From Octopus bimaculoides (Eukaryota): a DNA stretch of 64,000 bases. Of this stretch, positions 12,931 through 25,731 are shown one piece after another; positions within the stretch are counted from its first letter, which is position 1, and each line of letters begins with the position of its first letter. The notes below the pieces were generated by a model, which was given only the letters and a program-made list of their open reading frames with translations, was not told the origin of the DNA and made no database searches. The DNA lies in assembly GCF_001194135.2 (NCBI RefSeq), contig NC_068990.1:48387558-48451557 (forward strand). Reading direction: 5' to 3'. The translations under genes and the position numbers were made by a program.

Positions 12931-13444
12931 ATATTATGCTAAATAAAACTCCAGATTACAAGTTGAACTTGTCTTATAAAGCAGCAAGACAAATTTAACT
13001 TCCTTCAACAGTTAAATATAAGTTGTCAAAGGCATTTCCTCTCTCCTTAAAACTATGAGAACAAAAATTAAACAAGATCAAATCATTTTGAGTTAAAAAC
13101 TCAAAGATGAACCCAGATCATCATGAATCGCAATTTGCTTAAAACCTTTGATTGTAAACTTATGACTGACTACAATGTTTGTTTTCCAGGGTTTATTCTC
13201 TTGTATCAGCACAATATACAAAAATAAAAAGAAAGAGAAACACAAATAAAGAACTGGTGAATTTCAATACTTAGCAATGAACAAGTTATTTCAAAACTAG
13301 ATATGATCAAATGATCTTTTCATTTGTTGTGTTTTTTCATTTTATTTTAAATCGTTTGTTTTGTTTTTTTTATTATTTATAATCCCTGATAGAAAAACTA
13401 CCATAACTCAGATTTATTATTACTATCAACAATTACATCTTTAC

Positions 13445-13478
13445 CTATATATTCTCCAAAAATTGGACCTACATTAAT
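13445..13478 (-). CDS. Tentative 34-bp exon (phase 0 to 1)
   Basis: AG|INVGPIFGEYI G|gtaaag. The phase is compatible with the 12455 exon, but a short exon like this could arise by chance. Confidence 0.3.
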
Positions 13479-14999
13479 CTAATTGCCTATTATAATAACA
13501 GAATGTTGCTATTCTTATCACAGTTATTTGTTTAACTATTAGAAGATAGAACATGTAATTCCTCTAATTTTGTTTAGTCTGTCATATTTATTTAGTCACA
13601 AGTCATGCAAAATACAGTTGTAGCTTTTCAGAAAATTAGATGTCAAAACTCTTTAAGTGCCCAATTGCACCAGTGTAATAAAAACTGCAGCTTAAGGTCA
13701 TATCTACTGATTGCTATTTACAACAGTATTGCTTACAAATATTCCAGAAATTTTAATTATAGTCTCGTTTAATTTTCTAAAAGCAATGACAATTTGAGTG
13801 TAACCTGTATGCTCTGTTATTGATTTAACTATAAAATGTTTAAAACTTTAAGAAATGAATAACAGGGAATATGTTCAACAACTTTTATGGTTATGTTTTA
13901 GAAACATGACTATGAAAGTTGATTTATCTAACAACCCATCCAAACTTTCTTTGATTTAGTTTACAGCACATTCTACTCTAAGCACTCATTGTTCAACTTC
14001 TGCATGACAGTGAAAGACAATTGAATAATAATCCCTCTAAAAGTCACGGAGAGTTAGAAAATACAGAATACTATGATGATGGAGACATAAAAAATTATGC
14101 TGTTGCTAATTTAAAAAATTGCTAGACTCTGTGTGGGGAGGAGGGGGGTGCATGCGTGCCTTAATAACTCAAAGAGGCCAGTAGCATGATCTTGGATATC
14201 AAAAATTCACAGCTGAATTAACATGCATAGGAAAAAAAAGGACAATCTGACATTTGGAAAGTCATGAAACAACCCTTTTAGTGCCAGTGGCACAACAAAA
14301 TACACCCAGTCCCAGTTTCTATTGGATAGATGTTGTTCTTCTCATCACCTGTGGTTGATGGTAGGAACAGCATCTATCCATAGAAACCAGCAAAAAATAA
14401 TGATGTATCCAACAGAAGAGCAGGATGATTCTATCCTCATTCTTTGCTTTGTTGCATGTGCCAAATGCCAAAAGACTATATCAGGTGGTGAGGCAAACAA
14501 ATAAGATGAAGGATTGCATATGGCAGCAAAACAGAAGAACCACCTCGTGCAGATGGTTAGATGAAAGACTGCAGAAGGGAATGAGACTTAGGACATACTG
14601 TGGTAGGTGGTGAGACAAAACACTAATCATGAAGAATGGCAAGACAAAGGACTTACTGTGGCAAATGACAAAATATTGCAAGTTCCATGCCAGAATAGAA
14701 GAGCAGAGTGCAGTAATTTTAAATAAAAGTTAAACAGATTAGGAGCTCTTTAGTTTTCCAACATGGGACAGCTTCTCTAGTATCAGTGGCACAATAAAAT
14801 CCACTCAGTCTATGCAACAACCATCTTTTGTGGAATTGAACTCAAAGCATAAGGGCTGATAATCTAATACCATATCCCCTCGGTTAGTCTGCATTTTACT
14901 AACATAAAGATAAGAGAAGGATTGAAACTTTTTCTGAGAGAAAAATATTTATTATTGCTATTTGGAACTAAACCAGTCTTAATTAAGTAAACCTATAAC

Positions 15000-15180
15000 C
15001 AAAGATATCCTAGCTATGATAATCTTGTCTGTTTCCTATGTGAAAGAAAACCTGAACTACATTATTCAATATGTCCTTTTTTTAAAAAAAGCTAATATAG
15101 TGTGATTTGAAGGTAAGATGGTAGCTATTTCTTGGAGGTTAAGCAATCATGTAGCAGTTCTTTTATTGACTCAAGAATGA
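15000..15180 (-). mobile_element. Decayed SINE-like repeat family C; related pieces near 17500-17580, 32880-32990, 35600-35760, 35950-36050, 63610-63640
   Basis: Shared motifs gactacattatcca and gatttggctgctatttctagcaggt recur at these positions. Confidence 0.5.
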
Positions 15181-16939
15181 TTTTCTATGAGCCAGATGTT
15201 TGTCTTATTAATGCAATTTGGATAATATTCAGAACAAAGAGATAGTACTTTCCAGGAAGATATATTTAAGCCATGTAAATTGACAATGTCTATTAAGAAT
15301 GAAAATATTTTTTAGCTGGCTTTACTTATATTATGACATAAAAGGATAAAGTCCCTAGATAAGTAATGGATTACAAAGCTTCGTCACTCAGCAATTTTAA
15401 TGTTTTTACTTTTATTTTATTTCCTAGTGTGTTGTACATTAAGAAAAGAAAATCAAGGAAAAATTTGTTCAACATTTTTATATATATTGTACATTTTACA
15501 TCCAGTTTTCCATTATATTTTTGGCTGAATGTTCTATAAATTCAAATATTGTGACAAATTGTTGGAGAAATCTATAAAATACAGTCAGATTCAACTCTTA
15601 ATCTAACTAATTCAACCATGAAAGTGGAACGGATTCTAATTTTTGATTGGAATCATGTATCTAGGCAAGAAAAACAATGTTGTCTAAGTGGTAAGTCTGA
15701 ACTTTTGATCATCTAAATCAAAGATTCTCAACCCATTTTGGCCAAAGGCTCCCTTTTTACTCTTGGAGTCACAAATGCCTCCCCCCCCCCTACAAAATAT
15801 TTTTATTTTTCAATATACTACTTATTTTGATATCAGCAGATAGTGATTAAAAAATAAAGGACGTTGTTTTACATATGCGCTTGTACACAGTCGGGAGTAC
15901 AGATGTACAAATTGAAATGCAAAAACACGAAATAATGAATTGAAAGTTTGGTAATTGCATTTATTTCCACTATGCAACACTTATGAGATCAACATGTTGT
16001 CTATCAAAAGAGTGCTCTTTGGTACAAGTAAATGCCAATGAAATCATTTCAAACCGTTCCAATTTTCCTTATCAAAACAGCTAGAACTTGTGCAACAATC
16101 TGATATATAAGTTAGTGTCACCTGGGAAGAGGATTTTTTATGCTCAAGAAAGAGAGTGTATTTGATAGAAAATGTTGAAATACATATGTACTTCATAAAA
16201 GTAGAAAATTGTGGAGGATGGCATTCACTGTACTTGGATCTAGTTTGACTGAGCCACAAAATCAGCTTCCTTTTAAAATGATGTAAAAGAATCTGAAAAT
16301 TTGTCATATCAAAGATTCATTTCTTATTCAGGATCTTGTTTGTTTCATTTATAAAATCTGCATTTTTTAAAAAGAAGTAAAAAATTTGGAAATTGATTAT
16401 TTTGATGCAGTTTTCTGTGCTTATTCTTATGAAGACATGAACTTCTGGAGAAAAAATTTGACACACACAGANNNNNNNNNNGTGACAGAAACAGTAGTTA
16501 AAAAATTAAAAAATAGATTTTTGGGAGATCTCTTATTGTGACTGACTTTTATTCCATTATTCTAATATCTTCTGAAACTTATACATATACATGTATAAAT
16601 GTATACAGAAACATACAAATATATACACACACACACACATACATTTTTACAGAGTTTTATATACATCCATGTATATATATAAATATTTCAGCATATCTAC
16701 ACAATTGTGCCCTAAAGATTTGCTTCTTCATAACCTTGAGAAAATTAAATATTTCTTTTCTACAAATATGCTTCAGATCATGTAGATTCTGATTAAATTG
16801 GATTCATTGTAAAAACCCTTTGTCCTTAAAGGAGTTTTAGAAAATTTACACCATTAAGCTTTGTTGTATATATATGTATATATACGTGGGTATATACATA
16901 TTGTTTTAATTATATCTTTATATATGCACATACACACAT

Positions 16940-17210
16940 AAAAACTGGCATACCATCAGTTACGACAATCACAAGTATCCAAAATTTCTTCACCACTCTT
17001 CCAACTTCATTTTTCATCTTAAAAAGGCTTTCGTCTACTTGGACTATATGTCGTACCTCTGCACGACTGTCTGTCTACCAATATTGCTGATGGACATGCA
17101 GTATGTCACTGGCATTTCACATATAAAATCAGGATTATGTGAAAAAAAGTGAAGACCATCAATTGACTTTCTTCCATAAAAGTATTAAAAAATTATTTGA
17201 AAATCATAAA
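16940..17210 (-). mobile_element. Merlin / ISXO2(IS1595)-like DDE transposase remnant
   Basis: Minus frame reads RHIVQVDESLFKMKNEVGRVVKKFWIL (VDES at 17027-17038), resembling the V(E/Q)IDES.F...K...GR....W motif. No TIRs were located. Confidence 0.6.
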
Positions 17211-18229
17211 GAGAAATGAAAGGTAGATTCACACTGTCTGTATTTTAAAACCACGAATTAAAAAAAAAAATTGGGTGTGGATGGGGATTTTTTTTTTCTT
17301 TTTTGCATAATCATATCAATTCCATTATGCAGAAGACAGAATTGTAAAAATTTTGTAAAAATTCGTAAAAATACAGAAGTTATGTGGGGTTTTAGCACAT
17401 GCTTACATCATAATTCCACCCATTCATATATATACATGTGTGTGTGTTTTTGCTAGTGTCTGTTTTTCTTTAGTTTTTGTTTACTTATACACAACATCAA
17501 ATGAGCCAACGTGGTACTCTCTGTGTGGTTGCTCAATTTACTAAAAATAACAGCCAAATTTCCCTCATACTATGTTCTTGTTAGTATTAAGGAAAGGGAA
17601 AATGTTTATTCTTCTCCATCATTATAATTAAAATTAAGATTTTTAATTTCGTTCGGCTTTATGAATTTAATTTTTCTTAAATGCTTCTGTCCATTGCTTG
17701 ATACAGGAAACTAGAAAATCCTGACCAAAACAGAGAAATTCTAACTTAACAAAAAATATAAAAAGAGAAAGGAAAGGTTCTGTTTTCCAAAGCCAAAAGA
17801 TGTGCTTTTAGCTGGGGTGTAATTTTATAATTAAAACAAATTCAAAATTTGAATTTCAGAACATAAGACTTACTATGTTATCTGGTGTACAGCCACAGCA
17901 CAAATGGGTACAAAACCTAAAACAAATCTATGTGTGCATGTGTGTGTGTGTGTGTGTGTGTGTGTGGTTGGGTCTTTAATAGTCAGGGGTCAATTTAAGT
18001 TCAGTTGCAGAAAGGACTTTAAAAGGGCAACACACGCAATCATATACATACAAACATACACATACACAAATACATACCTATCAGCCACTCACAAAAGCCA
18101 ATTTGATACAAAATTCTGACCACCATTTATATATTTGCACATAAACACACACACACACATTCAGCTTTTCGATTTTATTCTTTACTTCTTTTTCTTTTAA
18201 TCGTTTGTCACTATTCATCTGTTTTTAGT

Positions 18230-18540
18230 TTTTGTTTGGGGGGGGGTTCATTTTAGCGACACCAGTAACACATGGTACCAAGAATTTGCTTGATGTCGTT
18301 AAAGTGGAAAAAGTGTTTTTTAAGTTTTTGAAAATTTGAAACAAAAAGACATGTTTTTTTTTTTAAACCGACTGTTGCAGAGATGTGAAAATATGGCTAC
18401 TACTTGTTGATTTCAAATTAAACTTACCAAAGATGAGCACCCCCGAAGTCTCTTAATTCCCCCTAGAGCCCCTTTGCTCCCAAACGCCCCCTTGAGCTCC
18501 AAATGGCTCCTGTTGAGAATCTTTGATCTAAGTCAATAAA
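18230..18540. mobile_element. Possible hAT-type non-autonomous element remnant
   Basis: The right end (...ccccttgagctcc...cctgttgagaatctttg) resembles the gttgagaaccactg-type hAT terminus. The other end is unclear. Confidence 0.35.
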
Positions 18541-19579
18541 CTAAACACATAGACCTTTTGGTTTCAAGTTAGATCTTACAAGTATTATAAATGAAATAAC
18601 TGAACCACACAATAAAGGGATCAAATGATTTAATTAACCAAACAGTTCTGGTTTAATTAGGGCACCATATAACTTAGATCAATCTTTTACCAATTAGATG
18701 TGAGTAAATCTGTTCAAATGACTTAACTTGGAAAATGTTAATGCGAAGCCCTGAAAGATGTGAAGGATTATGTGTAACTAATGGCAGCTGTCACTCACTC
18801 AAGTGATTTTATATCTAACAAATTTCACTAAAGGAATATCTTTCCTGCTTCCACTCCTCTTGCTATACTTAATTGCTCTGGTGCCAGGTAAGTGAAACAG
18901 AAGTTTAATAGCATCCATGATGAGATCAGAATACAATTTATGCTTCTTTAGCTAAAAGCTGTAAGCTTATCCACTTGGTCATGCAATCTCATTATGATTT
19001 TATTATGTATTGTTGAAAGCTGCTATCCCTAAGGAAATTCAGTTCATTCTTTTGAAGAAAAAATAAAAAACTAAAATGTAATGCTGAGATTATGAAAGTT
19101 TAGCAGAAGAATTGTTGGATCATATTACAAAGACAAATTGTCATAGCTTGCTTTTTCAGCAATCTGTCAATTAAAATATCAACATATGTATCAATATTTG
19201 ACATAAACAAGGGAAGATGTGGAGTAGTAAAGAAGATAAAGAGCCATCTTGTGATGCTTTATGATATTTAGGGTGTTTTCTTGTAGTTTTTGAGATTGAT
19301 ATCTATCATACCCAATTTTACTTGTGTTTCAAGAATTTCTGTCACAATATAGTTACTCGTATCACTTGGCAACAGTCAACCACTTATGAAACAAGCAATG
19401 TAAAAACAATTATTTAGTATAAATATTGAAGATTAAACAATTTTTTTAAACTACCTAATTCATTGGTGGATAAGCAATTAAGCATGAAATAATTCCTATA
19501 GCTTTAATTATCAATTTTGATTAAAATATGATTGATCATCAAAAACATGATTTTTGTTTAATAACACACTAAAAGAGAA

Positions 19580-19765
19580 AATATGTAATGAAAGGCATAG
19601 TTGACCTTGGTGGAATTTGTACTCAGAACGTAAAAACAGATGAAATGCTGCGAAGCATTTTGCCTGGCATGCTAACGATTCTGCAAGCTTACCACCTTGA
19701 TGATAATAATAATGATTTCAAATTTTTGCCACAAGGGCAACCCCAATGCATGACTGGTACTCATC
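19580..19765 (-). mobile_element. SINE-A copy plus truncated tail of a second copy
   Basis: gttgaccttggtggaatttgtactcagaacgt...gctaacgattctgc is the reverse complement of the SINE-A head and core. Confidence 0.78.
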
Positions 19766-20075
19766 CCTTACCTGGTAAAGATGAGTTAACTTGTCTTCGC
19801 CCAATTTGTCTTTTTCAGAGTGCGACAAGTAAACTTGTTCAAAACATAATTTCAAAAACAGCCACAGACAAGTTTATACATCAATTCATAGCATTTCTCG
19901 GTTTTTATGTTTTTTTTTTTTTACAAATTATGCCCAGATGTCGAGTTCAGAAGATGACAATGAGTATGAACCTTCTATTAGACGCTTGAATACATCAGAT
20001 GAGAGTGCAAGCTCATCTGATAAAAAAATTTTGTCTGAAAATGAAATGTTTTCTCCAAAACAAAGTTGCCAGGAA
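19766..20075 (+). mobile_element. Possible piggyBac-like 5' end with acidic transposase N-terminus
   Basis: Begins ccctt...gatgagttaacttgtc (CCC-start terminus-like) and leads into MSSSEDDNEYEPS...SDESASSSD. It is truncated by an RTE tail, and no catalytic domain is present. Confidence 0.4.
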
Positions 20076-20079
20076 ACAT

Positions 20080-20215
20080 CATTTAACATCCATTTTCTAT
20101 GCTGGCATGGGTTGAATGGTTTGACAAATTCTAGTGAGCCACAAGGTAGCATTAAGTTGCAGTGACACATTTAGCATGGATTCTGTGGCTGGAAGCCCTT
20201 CTTTATGCCAGTGAC
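20080..20215 (-). mobile_element. RTE-type 3' tail fragment; others near 5800-5900 (+), 37360-37610 (-), 45385-45425 (+), 55090-55135 (+), 62070-62190 (-), 63180-63260 (+)
   Basis: Matches the 3' end of the RTE at 1090-1250 (catgccagcatggaaaatggatgttaaatgatgatg). Confidence 0.7.
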
Positions 20216-20522
20216 ATTGCAATGTGTACTAGGTACTTTTTTACACACACACACACACACACACACGTGTGTGTGTGGAGAGAGAGAGATCACTCTTTTG
20301 ATTATGGACAGATATAAATCACTATTCATAAATGTTTCTTCTGAAATATTTCAAATATTTTTCTTTAGTTTTTGAAATGAGTTGTCAATTCACCATTCTG
20401 GTAAAATTATTTATTTACTTTCCAGGTAACACAAAAAGTAAACACTATGGTTTACTTCATGTATGAAGTATGAAGTATAAACTATACATCATACAAGTAA
20501 AAGCTATCATCAAGTATAAAGT

Positions 20523-20526
<4 letters not shown>

Positions 20527-20601
<75 letters not shown>
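20527..20601. repeat. (TA)n microsatellite
   Basis: Directly visible. Confidence 0.98.
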
Positions 20602-20604
<3 letters not shown>

Positions 20605-21820
20605 AGTAAACATTGTGGTTTACTTGAAATGCCGAAATGAAAACAAAGCATTGTTTATTATAAGAAAAAAAAAATTAATTTTAAAAGCATGCAAATTACC
20701 AAGAGAGAAAAAAGGTTCAGGTAACTTCTAAGTAGTTATTTAGAAACAACAGTTAAAAAAGTAACAATTTTAATATACAATGATGTGTAAGAGTCAGCAA
20801 TGCTTTCATTTTAAAAGCTTGTGTAATATGAGAAAAAACCCATTTAAGCAACTTAGTGGTATTTAATTAAAAATAATATTAGAAAATTCACATTAATTAT
20901 AAGATGATGTAAGGAACTCTTCTCTAGATGCTGTCCAGGATATAGGCACAATAATTTGTTATAGGCCACACTAAGCTTTGTAGAGTCTCAGCAATTGTTG
21001 GGAAATAAAATATTTTTGACTATAAAGAGAAATGCTTGTGTTTGGGATGCAGAACTAGCTGCCTTAAGGACATTCTTTCACTGTGGAGGGTGCCAGGAAG
21101 AGGAGAAGTAAAAATTATGAAATTACAATGGAATTTTGAAAATAAAAAAGAATTTTACCAAAATGGTTATCTCAGTTGTCTGATACAGCATAATACAAAT
21201 GAATGAATAATAATGTCATAACTGAAAGCTATTCTAAAATCCTGTCATTTTTTCAAAAAATCTCATCAAGTGGGCTATGTCCATAATCTTTTGCATAGCC
21301 TCCATGAATTGTGTGAAAGAGAAAGGACAATATCCTCAAACTAGTGATCCGGCCCAAATGCTTGCAATAGAGTGGACTCTGCCTAAGAATACCCATGGCA
21401 TCAGACAGTGATGTTAAACTGAACAACAGATTAAGAATACCACCCAGTTTGGCCACAACAGGATTTAAACTCCAAACACTAAGAGTAAAAACAAATACTG
21501 CAAGGCAACTGGTCTGACATTCTCATGGTTCCACCAAGCCGATGCTCTGGACTACTATTTTTATAACAACCTTGAAAGAATGTAATGCAAAATTGATCTT
21601 GGCATGGTTTGATCTCAGAGTGGAAAGAATCTGAACAAATGTCACTGTAGATATATTTAACAATGTCAACTCTGTATTTCATGCCTTTGAAGTTGACAAA
21701 ATAAAGTACAAGTATCGATATTATTGACTGGAACACTTTCCCTCAAAATTGTTAGCTCCTGTACTTAAATCAGAAATTATTATTATTATTATTATTAGTA
21801 GTAGTAGTAGTAGTAGTAAC

Positions 21821-22232
21821 AAGTGAGAGAGCAGTGCATGCCATCAAAGTGACACTGTGGTAAAATATATAAAGCCCAATATACCCATCATGACTACCAG
21901 TCTGATAAGGGTACATGAGATACATGCATCACAACCATATATGTGCAACATGGTGATCTCGTATCAAGATAAACAGCGCATGACCTTGCAGGTGGGGCCC
22001 AGTTAGAATTTTCTTCAGATCAAGTAGCCCATCCTGCTCAAAAGGTCTCTAAATAAGAGTTGTTTAAGAATGTTAAATGAAACACTCATGTTTCCAAAGG
22101 TGAATTATTCAAACCCCAAAGAATTCCTCTCAACACATGGCTATGATGCTCCCCCACTATTTCTCCTCATGATCAGAGATGCACATATCATCAGCCACCA
22201 AGGGACATGCTCATCTGGTTAAGGTCAAGTAA
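21821..22232 (-). mobile_element. Unclassified (AAT)n-tailed element, copy 2 (truncated at (TA)n)
   Basis: Colinear with 7373-7790, and preceded by the (ATT)n(AGT)n tail of a SINE-A 3' end. Confidence 0.8.
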
Positions 22233-22253
22233 CTATATATATATATATGTATG

Positions 22254-22296
<43 letters not shown>

Positions 22297-22334
22297 CCAA
22301 AGTGTACATACACCACTATATTTTATGTATAGAA

Positions 22335-22944
22335 AATACAAAAATTGGAACAGGACTACAAAACATCCAGACAGTTAAGTGATACAAAAAAGGAACAACA
22401 AAATATCCAGACAGATGATACAAGGAAAACAAGGACGGGTCATTCAGAGTTTTCTATCCTCATTCAAGTTCCAGATTATCTTTGGAATTTTGGCTGGTTA
22501 TACTCGAGATTGCTCCAATCTGGCCAGCCCCAAGGAAAAAATAAGCTAAGAGCATTAGATTCCTTGGAAGAAAGCAGCAAATGTATATGGAGACAAAAAT
22601 GGAAAGAAACAGAGAAATGTTACACAAATACAAATGCAATTATCGGGACATAACAACAGTTGTCTTTTGACTAAGGATGAATTAAATTTAGCTGGCATGT
22701 GTGGAAGTAAAGCCCTATGGCGGGGACAATGCTCTTAGCTTATTTTTCCCTTGGGGTTGGCCAGATTGGAGCAATCTCAAGTATAACCAGCCGAAATTGC
22801 AAAGATAATCTGGAACTTGACTGAGGATAGAAAACTCTGAATGACCCGTCCTTGTTTTCCTTGATTCATCTGTCTGGATATTTTGCTGTCCCTTTTATTG
22901 TATCACCTATCTGGATGTTTTGTGTTCTTGTCCCATTTTTGTAT

Positions 22945-22945
<1 letters not shown>
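22335..22945. mobile_element. Foldback element: ~220-bp terminal inverted arms and 171-bp spacer, in TA-rich flanks
   Basis: 22335-22556 is the reverse complement of 22728-22945 at high identity (e.g. gagattgctccaatctggcca / tggccagattggagcaatctc). Confidence 0.9.
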
Positions 22946-22982
<37 letters not shown>

Positions 22983-23779
22983 TGTATATACGGTTGAAAT
23001 ATATATACATAGAAATAATTGTACCTCATATACAGAAAAACAGCAAATGTAAATATAATATAATGTAAGCAATGAAATAGTAATTAGTGCCCAGGAAAAG
23101 TAATATTTCAAGCAAACTAAAGCTTGATGCAATAGATGTTACAATTCATATACATAGAGACAGTTTCTAATAATCATTAAATTAAATATATATTTCCTGT
23201 TGACCTTATTTGGGGATTTGTGATATCAAGGAAGAAAACTTTGGCTTGGAAGACTATTGATTTTTTTTATATACTAGGCACAAAACAGGGAGTATATACA
23301 AAGAAATGAACGAATCTCACTATATTATTGTAACACATTTTGCTAATTCTTTTGAGATGAAAGACCAAATAAATCTCATTGATATTTGAACTGATAGCAT
23401 GGAAAGACAAAACTAAGCATAAATAGTATACACTACCGTCTCTGTAAACTGATGTCAACAAGGAAACACAGCTTATAGACTAAGTGTTATTTATGTATGT
23501 ATGAGAAGGTAAAATTTAGACAAAAGTGATCATGCATGCATGTCCTAAATGTCAATGAGATTGAAGCCAAAGAATAAAAGAAAATTGTAAATTGATTTAC
23601 AAAATAAGAAGAAAAAACCTCACAGGATATGATATTAAATCAGAGTATGTTTGGATGTACTTTATAAACAAGATAATGTAAATTCAAGGTGGTGGAAGAT
23701 GACACAGAATACATGGTAGATAATCAAAAAGATAAGTAAATTTACAAAATAGTGAAGCTATAACTCCTCTGAAAGAATT

Positions 23780-23913
23780 CACACTGAGTGAGGAAAAATG
23801 GGAATATTTCTTACTTGAAAGTAAGTATTTAGGACAAATTATCGACAGGAATGGACAATGACCAGACCCGTCGAGGGCAGGTGCAATTAAAAATATGCCA
23901 CCTCCAACTAATA
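23780..23913 (+). mobile_element. Gypsy/Ty3 pol fragment (RT C-terminal part), left of the Tc1 insertion
   Basis: Translates to KWEYFLLESKYLGQIIDRNG.PDPSRAGAIKNMPPPTN. Confidence 0.8.
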
Positions 23914-24459
23914 CACTGAACCACAAAAGAAATGTGAGATGTGTGTGACTGTGAAATATTTTAACTTCATTTTGTCAGAGATAACTTTGGATAAATCTGA
24001 TAAAGTCAATTTCTTGGATGCATTTCTATGGGTTATTGTCATGTGTTCTGGTAGTGGATGGATCCAGCACATCAAGATTGTCGGGTATGACATATTCAAT
24101 ACCATGTATGCTCTCCCTGGGTGTTCAGAATGCCCAAACATCGTTGGTACATGGAGTGCGTGAGGCGGTTCACAAAAGCCATTAGCACCTGTGCCCACAC
24201 CCTGAGGAAAGCTGCCTCCAGTTCCACATGGGTTGTCAGCCTTGGGACCACCTGTTTCAGCCATCTCTGGATTTCTTCCCACAGGTGTTCAATTGGCTAC
24301 AAGTTCAGCCACAGCATGGTTATGATGTTGTGCTGATGCAGGAAGTCCATAAACCAACATGTCTTGGAATATTTACACTTACATCCCTGATACAAATTTT
24401 CAGAATTTACCATATAAAAACGACATTTTAAAAAATCATGTTTCTTTTGCAGTTCAGTG
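23914..24459 (-). mobile_element. Internally deleted Tc1 element with both TIRs and TA target duplication
   Basis: TIRs are TA-cactgaaccacaaaagaaa and tttcttttgcagttcagtg-TA. The minus frame reads FLHQHNI..MLW...PIEHLWEEIQR...ELEAAF..VW...SMYQRC......GEHTWY*, a Tc1 transposase C-terminus. Confidence 0.88.
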
Positions 24460-25395
24460 TATAACTTACCTTACAAGCTTTTCTAGGTCTAGTGAATTAT
24501 TATCAAAATTATAATGATTTGCTAAAAAAGAATGTGAAGTGGAATGGTCAAATAATTGTCAAAAAATGTTTGACAATATTAAAAACTATTAATATCAGAT
24601 TTGTTGCTGGCTCATTTCAATCCTGCAGCAGAGATTGTTGTAGCTTCTGACACTTCTGAATATGGCATAGGAGCAATATACACAAGTATAAAGACGGTAA
24701 TATGAAGGCAGTGGTTCATGCCTCACATTCTCTGATAGTAGCAGAGAAAAACTGTAGTCAAATAGAGAAAAAAGTTCTAGCAATCATTTTTGCCATGAAG
24801 GTATTTCACAGATTTTTGCACAGTAGAAGTTTTCAGCTACAAATTGATTACCAACCATTATCAATTTTTGGGTGAAGAAAGGAATTCCTACCCATACTGC
24901 AAATAGGACACAATGCTGGGGTATGATATTATTGAATTACGACTTTAAAAGAGGTTAAGCCATGCAGATTGTTAATCAAGGCTAATTCCAAAAAATATGG
25001 AACTATTCAAAGATACTGTGACTGCTGCACTGCAAACAGAAAATGAAATAAAAAAACATTTTGTGTATCATCATTTGGGAGCTGCCAGTAACTGTTCAAG
25101 ATATAAAATTAAAATCAGACAATGACAAATTCATTGCAAAGATGAAAGAAATATTGAAGATAAAAGAAAGTAAAAATATACATAACACAAATGTGAAACA
25201 TTTTTCTCTGTGTGATAACGTGTTGATATACGCACAAAGAATTGTAGTGCCAGCTGCGCTACAAAAGTATATATTAAGTGAATTTCATATGGGACACCCA
25301 TGGATTTCAAGAATGAAATCAGTAATGAGGAGCTATGTGTACTGCCCTATTATGGACCATGATTTTGAACAATTGCTGAAATCCTGCAGAGGTTG
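24460..25395 (+). mobile_element. Gypsy/Ty3 pol fragment (connection, RNase H, integrase HHCC), decayed
   Basis: Translates to LQAFLGLVNYY, LLAHFNP...VASDTSEYGIGA, AEKNCSQIEKKVLAIIFA and RIVVP...EFHMGHP.ISRMKSVMRSYVY.P.MD.D.EQLLKSCRGC. Confidence 0.85.
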
Positions 25396-25688
25396 TGAGA
25401 ATGGACTAGCCGATCTTGTATAAAGTAGTAGCATGTTTGACTGAGGGTAAGAGATGAGAAATTGCAGGAAATCGAAAGGTGTTGTTTGTGAGTTCATGGA
25501 ATTGCAAGAAATTATTGAGAAGTTGCTATAGTTTCTTGAGGATTGTTTTGGATTAGTTACAGTTGTTGGTAGAGTATTTGGGAATACATTAAGTGGAGAC
25601 AGTTGGTGTCTACCCTGTTCTGCAGTACTATATATCACACTATGTTAGTGCACGACACTAAGGTGACATATACAGAAACCACGCCATA

Positions 25689-25731
<43 letters not shown>

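Noticed and set aside
15574-15691. Plus-strand open frame ending at a GTAAGT donor (also 18790-18887, signal-peptide-like)
   Set aside because: The acceptor is poor or there is no start codon, there are no linked exons, and such motifs are expected by chance in AT-rich DNA.
15790-16320. Possible decayed DNA transposon (also 29560-30000 and 300-390)
   Set aside because: No diagnostic motif or paired TIRs could be read, so these were left unannotated.
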